NCBI GenBank assembly: GCA_028865345.1
Contig: JAGWKL010000004.1
Span: 79,422 to 143,421, forward strand
Length of the DNA stretch: 64,000 nucleotides
Direction: 5' to 3'
Source: Candidatus Omnitrophota bacterium
Lineage (GTDB): Bacteria; Omnitrophota; Gorgyraeia; Zapsychrales; Fredricksoniimonadaceae
In this document: piece by piece, positions 56,771-64,000 of the stretch
Layout: the number at the start of each line of letters is the position of its first letter
How positions within the stretch are numbered: the stretch's first letter is position 1
Notes under the pieces: generated by a model
The model's database searches: none
What the model was told of the DNA's origin: nothing
The model's input: the letters and a program-made list of their open reading frames with translations, nothing else
Made by a program: the position numbers and the translations under genes

Positions 56771-58537
56771 CTATTGAAGCAATTGATTAAACTCTTGGCG
56801 CAGTTGATCTAATTTTTCCGTATCCTTTACCGCCTCGGCCTGCCGGATGGCTTCCACTAACTGGGCCCTGGCCTTTTTCTGCTTTTCCCTGCGCATCTTA
56901 CCGACGCAGTCCTGGAAAACCAGGGCAGGGTCTCCTAATTTCTTTTCTTCCACATCGATGAGCCCGGTCACCAGGCTTTGCGCTGTCTGCTCCTGTAGAC
57001 GCACCAGCAGGTCGTTGACCGACCATTCCTCTTTTTCTTCGGCCAGGGGCCACATCACTTCGGTGATCCGGCGTATCAGCCCTTCGGAGAAGTCTTCAGG
57101 ACCTATTTTCTCCTTCGCCGCCTTGACCCAGGCATGGTCTTTTAAAAAAAGGGCCAGCAGCAATTCTTGGGCCCCCTCTATCGAGGCCGGCGGCCTTGCC
57201 TCCACGGCGGCCTTAGTCGTATTGACCGGCACCCGCTGTTGCCCATCGGCCTGTTTGAGCAATATCCCTTCGGGGACGTTCAATTTTTGGGCCAGAACTT
57301 TGGTCAATTCGTACTTGGCCACTTCACTTTTAAACCGCGCGATCGTCGCCAACAGCTCCCGGCTGATCTTGGATTTGCCCTCAACCGTCGCCGGGTCATG
57401 TTGGGCGGAAAGCCAGCTGAATTTAAAATCCAACAGCGATACAGCGCCGTCAATACGCGCCGAGAACGCTTCCAGGCCTTGGGACAGGATGAAGGAATCC
57501 GGGTCCTGGCCCTCCGGCAGTGTCGCCACGCGCACATCCATGCCCTCATCGATCAACAGATCCAGGCTGCGCACCATGGCCGCTTGTCCGGCGGCATCCG
57601 CATCAAAAAGCATGACCACGTTGGGCGTGTAACGGCGGACCAATCTTATTTGGTCAGCGGTCAAAGCCGTGCCCAGGGACGCCGCGATATTTTCCACCCC
57701 GTGGATGTAAGGCATGATCATGTCCATGTAGCCTTCCACCACGATGATCTTATCCAGTTTCCCGACAGAGGCCCTGGTCAACTGCAGGCCGAACATGTGC
57801 CGGCCCTTGGTATAAACCGGGGTCTCGGGGGAATTGATATATTTGGCGCCGTCAGAATCGGTCATGGCGCGGGCGCCAAAGGCCACGCACCGATTTTGTA
57901 CATCCGCTATCGGAAACACAATGCGGTTGCGGAAACGGTCATAATGCCCGCTTTTGCCTTCCCGGGCCACAATCAAACCCGCCTTGGCAATCAGCTCCTC
58001 GCTGATTGACTTCGACCTCAAATATTTTAAAAGAGCGTCCCACTCATCGGGCGCGAAGCCCAATTGAAATTTTCTGGCCGTTTCCAAATTTACGCCGCGG
58101 CCCCTCAGATAATCCCTGGCCGCCTTGGCATCATCTTTCCGGCTGCCCAAAAGCATGTCATGAAAAAAGGCGGCAGCCTGGGCATTGATCTTTAAAATCT
58201 CTTCCTTCAACTCCCGCGACGGGCTTGAAGGCGCCGCCTGCGTTTCGGGAATCTCCACCCCGCACTTTTGGGCTAAAACCCGCACGGCCTCGGGAAATTC
58301 CAGGCGTTCCTGGCGCATGATAAAACCGACCGCATTGCCGCCTGCCCCGCACCCGAAACAATGGAAGATCTGTTTGTCGGGATTGACCACGAATGACGGC
58401 GTCTTCTCATTATGGAACGGACAAAGAGCCTTAAAATTACGGCCTGCTTTTTTTAAGGCCGTATAATTGCCGATGATCTCAACAATATCACTGCGTTCGA
58501 TGACTTGCTGGATGACATCATTGGGAATGAGTCCCAT
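56771..58537 (-). CDS. dnaG: DNA primase
   Basis: [15 protein letters not shown] zinc ribbon, [24 protein letters not shown]. Start ATG 58537. Confidence 0.97.
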   Translation of the reverse strand: MGLIPNDVIQQVIERSDIVEIIGNYTALKKAGRNFKALCPFHNEKTPSFVVNPDKQIFHCFGCGAGGNAVGFIMRQERLEFPEAVRVLAQKCGVEIPETQAAPSSPSRELKEEILKINAQAAAFFHDMLLGSRKDDAKAARDYLRGRGVNLETARKFQLGFAPDEWDALLKYLRSKSISEELIAKAGLIVAREGKSGHYDRFRNRIVFPIADVQNRCVAFGARAMTDSDGAKYINSPETPVYTKGRHMFGLQLTRASVGKLDKIIVVEGYMDMIMPYIHGVENIAASLGTALTADQIRLVRRYTPNVVMLFDADAAGQAAMVRSLDLLIDEGMDVRVATLPEGQDPDSFILSQGLEAFSARIDGAVSLLDFKFSWLSAQHDPATVEGKSKISRELLATIARFKSEVAKYELTKVLAQKLNVPEGILLKQADGQQRVPVNTTKAAVEARPPASIEGAQELLLALFLKDHAWVKAAKEKIGPEDFSEGLIRRITEVMWPLAEEKEEWSVNDLLVRLQEQTAQSLVTGLIDVEEKKLGDPALVFQDCVGKMRREKQKKARAQLVEAIRQAEAVKDTEKLDQLRQEFNQLLQ

Positions 58538-58559
58538 AATACCTGCTTTAAGAGTCCTA

Positions 58560-59129
58560 TTAATCCGCTGTGTGCAAAACCTTGGCCGGGGCGGCATTGT
58601 AATGCTCAGCCGGGAACAATTTATCGACCAGATTGTTATAGATAAAACCGTACGTGCCCACGGCCGCATGCCCGGCTATTTTATAACCGTAGGAACTGCG
58701 GACCATGCGCGTCAAAGGCCCGTCATGCACCATTAAAATCAAGAATAACGTCAGGCTGCAGACTAAAATGCCGCGCCCCACGGCGACGACACCTGCCGCG
58801 TATTTGTCAAATCCTTCATGGGTGGTTTCCACCCTAAAAAGAAACAATATGCCGTCCCGCAGGAATTTAAAAATAACGGCCACGATGATCCAGAGGCAGA
58901 CAAAAACCAATAAATCCCAATAGGCCCACGGCAAATGGGTTTTTTGGGCCGCCCACGCCGCCAAAAAGCTGTAAAAATGCAAACTGACAAAGACCACTAC
59001 AACAACGCCCAAAAACTTAAAGAATTCAGATACAAAACCGTTTTTGACCCCAACGAAAATTATCTGTATAAACAAACAAAGCAGCGCTACGTCAATCCAA
59101 TTGATGCTTTTAACTAAATGGGTCAACAT
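58560..59129 (-). CDS. cvpA: CvpA-family membrane protein
   Basis: NWID........GVKNGFVSE, DKYAAG...VGRG; 4-5 TM. Confidence 0.8.
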   Translation of the reverse strand: MLTHLVKSINWIDVALLCLFIQIIFVGVKNGFVSEFFKFLGVVVVVFVSLHFYSFLAAWAAQKTHLPWAYWDLLVFVCLWIIVAVIFKFLRDGILFLFRVETTHEGFDKYAAGVVAVGRGILVCSLTLFLILMVHDGPLTRMVRSSYGYKIAGHAAVGTYGFIYNNLVDKLFPAEHYNAAPAKVLHTAD

Positions 59130-59217
59130 AAAGATGTGGTTCGTCCCCGCGTCTGGGGACAGGGCCCCGACTCCGGGACAGTTGCGCTCCTGGCGACAGA
59201 GCGACTATTGTTGGCCA

Positions 59218-59246
59218 AGTATAACATGCAGCCAAGGGGCTGTCAA
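59218..59246 (-). promoter_or_regulatory. Strong sigma70 promoter of cvpA-dnaG-rpoD-aroD
   Basis: TTGACA-17 bp-TATACT with the extended -10 TG. Confidence 0.8.
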
Positions 59247-59296
59247 GGAAGCGCTCCCCCGTCTGAAATAAACGTAACCATTTGAAAATTATTAAG

Positions 59297-62200
59297 TTAG
59301 ACTGCTGCGGGAGCGGCCAAAAGGCCCAATTGTTTCGACGTGGCAGGGGGTTGATTGATTTCGGCCGTTTTGTTTGTTGAAGAACCCTGGGGCGGGACGG
59401 CTTTATGCTCCTCAAGCTTAACGGACACGATACGCGACACCCCCCGTTCCTGCATGGTAACGCCGTACATGATGCTTGCCGCATTCATGGTGTTCTTATT
59501 ATGGGTGATCACGATAAACTGGGCGATCTTGGCAAACTCTTTTAACATCTGCGCGAACCGGCCCACATTGGATTCATCCAGGGCTGCGTCGATTTCGTCC
59601 AGCACGCAGAAAGGAGAGGGTTTAACCTTAAATACGGCGAAAACCAGGGCAATGGCAGTCAACGATTTTTCCCCGCCGGACAAAAGGCTGATATTTTGGA
59701 GTTTCTTGCCCGGAGGCCTGGCCACGATGTCAATACCGCACTCCAGGGCATTCTCCGGGTCAAGCAGGACCAGCTGGGCTTCCCCGCCGCCGAAGAGCAT
59801 GCGGAAGTGGACCTTGAATTCCTCATTGACCTTTTCAAAAGTTTCGGTGAACATTTGGCGGGTGGTACGGTTGATCTTCTGGATCGTCGCCATCAACTGC
59901 TCGCGGGCCTCCAGAAGATCGCTTTGCTGCTTGGTCAAGAATTCATGCCGGCCCTTCAACTCCTCGAATTCTTCAATGGCCACGAGATTGACGGCCCCGT
60001 AGGATTCGCAACGTTTCTTGAGCCGGTCGATTTCTGCGGAAAGATCTTCGATGCTTAATTGCGTTGCCGGCGGGGCGGGCGGCGGATCGTCCGGGGCGCT
60101 TATATCCCCTGTTTCCTGCTCAGCAATGGTTTGAGTTTGGGGGGCCTGCTGTATCTGGTCCCAGTCGATCTTGTAGGACTGCATCAAGCGTTCTTTGAGC
60201 GAACGCTGGTTGAACTGCACTTCCTGCTGGCGCATCTGCTGGTTATGCGTGTCGGTCTTGATCTTGATGATCTCCTCTTCCATGCCGCGGATGGCACCGC
60301 GCTTGGAGGTTAAGACGCGGGACATTTCTTCTTTTTTAGCCGATTCTTCGTTGATGAGCACGCTCAAGGATTCTTTTTTATGCCGGAGTTCTTCAATCGC
60401 CTGTTGCAGGAGGAGGTTTTCCTCGTCGATCTTGACCTTTTTGGCTTGAAGATCATGGCCTTCGGAATCAAAACGGTTGATGTCCATCAAATCACGGTCG
60501 AGATTTTGGGTATACAAGACCAGATTTTCATCAAGCCCGCGGCGCTTGTCGTCCAGGGCCGTTAACTCGGTGTCCAGTTGGGCAATGACCACATTCAACT
60601 GCTGACGCTCCTGGTCCCTATCGGCCATGTCTTTTTGCTTGGTTTTAATATCCTCCTGGCAACGGGTGATCTGGCCGCCGATCCCCTGCAGGCTTGTGTT
60701 CAATTGGGCTTCCTGTGTTTTCAACAAAGCCAATGAAGATTCCACTTCAGCACATTCAGCGCCGATCACATCCAACTCTCCCGCCAGTTTCCCGGAGGCA
60801 AGTTCGATATCGCCCTTCTGGGCTTCCAGGACTGAAAGTTTCTTTTCCTGCTGTTGGATGGCTTTAAGGACCTCATCGACGGCATTGCTCTTGCCTTTAA
60901 CCTGGCACTCCAATTCAGCTTTCTTGATATTGGCCTGGGCCAACTTTTCGACGACCGCGGCTATACGTTCATCCAGATATTGTAAATCCAATTCTACATA
61001 TTTGGTTTCGTAGGTGATTTCGTAGGTTTCCGCCGCCCCTTCGGCGGCCTGGATGACCCTGATGCCCTTGATCTTGCCGATAATGCCGGTTTGTTTTTCG
61101 TTCGGCCGCACCGCGGCTAAAAAGCGGCCTTCCACAACGGTGTCAGGACTGTCCTGATACTGGGCCTGCATTTTCTGGATAAATTCCTTTTGGGAAATAA
61201 GAAAGAGCTGGGTCTTCTCAAAATCATTGATCAGGGCCTCCTGAAGCGACAGGCTGGTTTTCATATCTTCCAAGGCCTGCCGGCGTCCGTCGCTGTCAGT
61301 CAAAAACTCCTGCAGTTGGGCCTGGGCCTGGGAAAGCTCGCTGTTAATGGCTTCGCAGCGCCGGTGTGCCTGGACCTTTTCATCATTGACCTTGGAATTT
61401 TCCTGTTGGAGGCGGGCTTTCTTGGCCAATGCTTCCAGCGTACGCTTCATATTTTCCGTCAATTGGTTTTTAAAACGCACCTGCTGGCCGTTCAAGCCCA
61501 AAATCTCCTTTTCCACCTCTGCAATGGATATCCCGGCCTGCTCGATCGCGTGGGTGGCGATGGAGAGCCCGTTGCGTTTCTGCTGCACGAGGGACTGCAG
61601 GCTTGTCAAGTTTTCCGCCAGCAGGCTCAAAGCCGTTTTGATCTCCTCAATCTTGCCCTGGTGGGCGGCGCAGCGCTCCAGCGCTGCGGCCTTGTCGTCC
61701 GACAGTCGCCGCATGGCCTCATCCATGCCCTGACAGCGTTCCTGGTTGAAGGCGATTTGACGCGCGTTCATGGCCGCTTCGTTTTCCAGACGGATCTCCT
61801 GGGCCCTGAACCCATTGATGCGCTCATCCATCTCTTCCAACTGCAAGGCCTCATTCTCAATGCGGTTATTCAAATCTTCCATCTGGGCCGTCAATTCAAG
61901 TTCATGGGCTTGGCACACCCTGACGGCCGCAGCCAAGGCCCCGGTCTCCTGGTCAAGGGCGGCCATCTGATGGCCGGCAAAGGTCAACTCGTAATTTTTC
62001 AGGACTTCGAACTCTTCCTTATAACGCCGGGCTTTTTTGGCCTGGCGTTCGATGGTGGCGATCTGGCGCTTGACCTCGACGACAATGTCATTGATGCGCA
62101 ACAGGTTGTCTTCGGTCTCTTTGAGCTTGCTCAAAGCTTCTTTTTTCTTGGCTTTATATTTGGTGATCCCGGCCGCCTCATCAAAGATCTGGCGGCGGTC

Positions 62201-62665
62201 ATCCGGCTTGGCGGAGATCATCAGGTCCACCTTGCCCTGCTGGATGAGCGAATAGGCCTCGGCACCCACACCGGTGCCAAGGAACAGCTCCACAATGTCT
62301 TTGAGGCGCACGACGTTCTTGTTGAGCAGGTATTCGCTTTCACCGGAGCGGAAAAGCCGGCGGGTGACGATGACCTCGTCATGGTCGAGAGGTAAAATGC
62401 GCGATTCATTGGAGAAAACCAGGCTGACTTCCGCAAAACCCAAGGGGGCGCGCTGGTCGGTGCCGTTGAAGATGACATCCTCCATCGACGATCCGCGCAG
62501 CTCCCGGACGCTCTGCTCGCCCAGGACCCAGCGGATGGCGTCAAAGACATTGCTTTTGCCGCAGCCGTTGGGCCCGACGATGGCGGAGATGCCGGGCTGG
62601 AATTCAAGCACAGTCTTCTGCGCGAAAGACTTGAACCCGAATATTTCAAGTCGCCTGAAATACAT
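59297..62665 (-). CDS. smc: Chromosome segregation ATPase SMC (atypical hinge)
   Basis: GFKSF, VGPNGCGKSN, QQG Q-loop, GAVNL.AIEE, LSGGEK, LDEIDAALD, ITH; long coiled coils. Confidence 0.95.
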   Translation of the reverse strand: MYFRRLEIFGFKSFAQKTVLEFQPGISAIVGPNGCGKSNVFDAIRWVLGEQSVRELRGSSMEDVIFNGTDQRAPLGFAEVSLVFSNESRILPLDHDEVIVTRRLFRSGESEYLLNKNVVRLKDIVELFLGTGVGAEAYSLIQQGKVDLMISAKPDDRRQIFDEAAGITKYKAKKKEALSKLKETEDNLLRINDIVVEVKRQIATIERQAKKARRYKEEFEVLKNYELTFAGHQMAALDQETGALAAAVRVCQAHELELTAQMEDLNNRIENEALQLEEMDERINGFRAQEIRLENEAAMNARQIAFNQERCQGMDEAMRRLSDDKAAALERCAAHQGKIEEIKTALSLLAENLTSLQSLVQQKRNGLSIATHAIEQAGISIAEVEKEILGLNGQQVRFKNQLTENMKRTLEALAKKARLQQENSKVNDEKVQAHRRCEAINSELSQAQAQLQEFLTDSDGRRQALEDMKTSLSLQEALINDFEKTQLFLISQKEFIQKMQAQYQDSPDTVVEGRFLAAVRPNEKQTGIIGKIKGIRVIQAAEGAAETYEITYETKYVELDLQYLDERIAAVVEKLAQANIKKAELECQVKGKSNAVDEVLKAIQQQEKKLSVLEAQKGDIELASGKLAGELDVIGAECAEVESSLALLKTQEAQLNTSLQGIGGQITRCQEDIKTKQKDMADRDQERQQLNVVIAQLDTELTALDDKRRGLDENLVLYTQNLDRDLMDINRFDSEGHDLQAKKVKIDEENLLLQQAIEELRHKKESLSVLINEESAKKEEMSRVLTSKRGAIRGMEEEIIKIKTDTHNQQMRQQEVQFNQRSLKERLMQSYKIDWDQIQQAPQTQTIAEQETGDISAPDDPPPAPPATQLSIEDLSAEIDRLKKRCESYGAVNLVAIEEFEELKGRHEFLTKQQSDLLEAREQLMATIQKINRTTRQMFTETFEKVNEEFKVHFRMLFGGGEAQLVLLDPENALECGIDIVARPPGKKLQNISLLSGGEKSLTAIALVFAVFKVKPSPFCVLDEIDAALDESNVGRFAQMLKEFAKIAQFIVITHNKNTMNAASIMYGVTMQERGVSRIVSVKLEEHKAVPPQGSSTNKTAEINQPPATSKQLGLLAAPAAV

Positions 62666-62671
62666 AATACC

Positions 62672-62699
62672 ACTTTATAGTATCTGACGGGAGTGTCAA
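62672..62699 (-). promoter_or_regulatory. Sigma70 promoter of smc
   Basis: TTGACA-16 bp-TAAAGT, 6 nt before the ATG. Confidence 0.55.
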
Positions 62700-62799
62700 C
62701 CAAGAATTGATATTTTTTCGACGGGCGGTGAAAATTATGGAGTTCTAATATTTGCGGCGGGTCAAGGCCACCCGCGGTTGAGAAAATTTGTCCCTTTAT

Positions 62800-63999
62800 T
62801 TATTCCAAAATGCCCGTGCGGCAAACGCGGGCAAATTGTGTTGCGGAATTCCTGACGGTCCTTTGCTGTGTTTCAAAATCAACGCCGATCAATCCGAATC
62901 TGGGCTTAAAGCCTTCGGCCCACTCGAAATTGTCCAGGAGGGACCAGTATAGATACCCGATGACATCCACCCCCTGCTCCATGGCCCTATGGACATTCTC
63001 AAGATGGCTGCGGATGAACTCCCAACGCTGGTTGTCATCGTCGGTGCAAATGCCGTTTTCCGCGACCATCACCGGCAGCCGGTATTTCTTGAGGCTTAAG
63101 AGCACCTGAAGGAGCCCTTGCGGATAAATGGCCCAGCCTAAAGAATTTTTCGGCAGCGGATGATGGTTGTCGCGGCAAACCTCCCCGAGAATGTCCCCGA
63201 TGCCCCGGCCGTGCACATGCGCCAGGTGCCTTGAATAATAATTAACCCCAATAAAATCAAGCGTTTTGTGCCGGGCTAAAGTTCCCAGGACTTCCTGATT
63301 ATACCAATATTCCCTTAGCCCCGCGGCCATGCGGTTCCTTAAACTTTGATCGCAGGCGACGATGGCCTGCATATGCTGGGCAATGCTGACCATGGGTGCG
63401 GGAATATTCAATTCCTTATAAATTCTATGGACCAGCCGGTAGGCTTCGATATGGGCCCGCTGCATATTGTCGTGGACGGCCTTCATCTTAAAAAATGATT
63501 TTTCCTGCGGCGGCCATATCCCCCAAAAATACGAATGCGAAAAATAAACCGTGGGCTCGTTGATGGTAAACCAAAAGCGGACATGGGGGCCGAGAGCGCG
63601 GACGACACAATCGCAGTACCGTAAGAACCGCCGGACGACAGCAGGGTTTGTCCAGCCCCCTGAAGAGCTCAACCACAGAGGATTGGTAAAATGATGCAGG
63701 GTCACCATGGGCTCCATGCCCCGGGAGCGCAAAGCCTTGATCACATCGATGTAATGTTGTAATTCTTTCTGGAGGAATTTTCCTTCGCGGGGTTCAACGC
63801 GGCCCCATTCGATGGAAAGCCGGTGGGCATTATGGTTTAAACTTTGGGCCAGGTCAAAATCCTGCCCGTATAATTCATAATGGCGGCAGGCGGCCCCTGA
63901 CCTTTCTTTGCCGGCCCGGATTTCCCATTCCCACCAATCCGCATTGGCATTGTCACCCTCCACCTGGTAGGACGAAGCGGCAGAACCCCAATAAAAACC
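62800..63999 (-). CDS. Glycoside hydrolase family 1 (beta-glucosidase-like), 5' end beyond the window
   Basis: FYWGSAASSYQVEG, RLSIEW, TINEP and AENG catalytic motifs, WSLLDNFEWAEG; the frame stays open to the window edge. Confidence 0.95.
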   Translation of the reverse strand, partial: GFYWGSAASSYQVEGDNANADWWEWEIRAGKERSGAACRHYELYGQDFDLAQSLNHNAHRLSIEWGRVEPREGKFLQKELQHYIDVIKALRSRGMEPMVTLHHFTNPLWLSSSGGWTNPAVVRRFLRYCDCVVRALGPHVRFWFTINEPTVYFSHSYFWGIWPPQEKSFFKMKAVHDNMQRAHIEAYRLVHRIYKELNIPAPMVSIAQHMQAIVACDQSLRNRMAAGLREYWYNQEVLGTLARHKTLDFIGVNYYSRHLAHVHGRGIGDILGEVCRDNHHPLPKNSLGWAIYPQGLLQVLLSLKKYRLPVMVAENGICTDDDNQRWEFIRSHLENVHRAMEQGVDVIGYLYWSLLDNFEWAEGFKPRFGLIGVDFETQQRTVRNSATQFARVCRTGILE

Positions 64000-64000
64000 C

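Noticed and set aside
59135-59212. tRNA-sized structured element
   Set aside because: No 7-bp acceptor stem, correctly placed TTC T-loop or anticodon arm; kept only as a leader candidate.
59110-59484. 124-aa ORF bridging the smc end and cvpA
   Set aside because: Overlaps smc, a strong promoter and the leader; no protein-like features.
55144-62395. Long antisense ORFs (e.g. 55398..56405, 57167..58009, 61190..62395)
   Set aside because: They shadow conserved rpoD, dnaG and smc; this is expected from GC-biased codon usage, and they have no recognisable motifs.
62757-62775. GCGGGT..ACCCGC hairpin after the GH1 gene
   Set aside because: No U tract on the coding strand; insufficient support for a terminator.
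1-64000. CRISPR array, IS elements, rRNA or tRNA genes
   Set aside because: No repeat-spacer series, transposase or stable-RNA gene seen; intergenic gaps are short.

Overview
Ordinary bacterial chromosome segment, almost entirely on the minus strand. I found no rRNA, tRNA, CRISPR array or mobile element. The organism is diderm (TolC proteins, TonB-dependent receptors), and the style of its giant gene suggests Ca. Omnitrophota (inference). Left to right: an MMPL transporter; a Rho-like ATPase lacking its RNA-binding N-terminus; a double RND efflux operon in which one pump is fused in frame to a lipoprotein outer-membrane factor; a CusRS-like system coupled to kdpDE; a 9.3-kb giant gene splitting the kdp operon; kdpFABC plus an extra microprotein; NhaP, MgtA and PfkA; a signalling cluster (2 TonB receptors, YfiR, 3 paralogous kinases, a hybrid kinase, several receivers); then aroD, rpoD, dnaG, cvpA, smc (with a miniature non-canonical hinge) and a GH1 glycosidase running off the edge. 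Best candidate for a new system: the 3088-aa protein looks like a polyprotein. Short D/N-x-A-M/Q motifs separate an N-terminal domain, two cargo units each starting with its own internal signal peptide (LysM-MFP-MFP-TolC; a multi-pass membrane protein), and a C-terminal GGIDL tail. All assignments come from reading motifs by eye; no searches were run.
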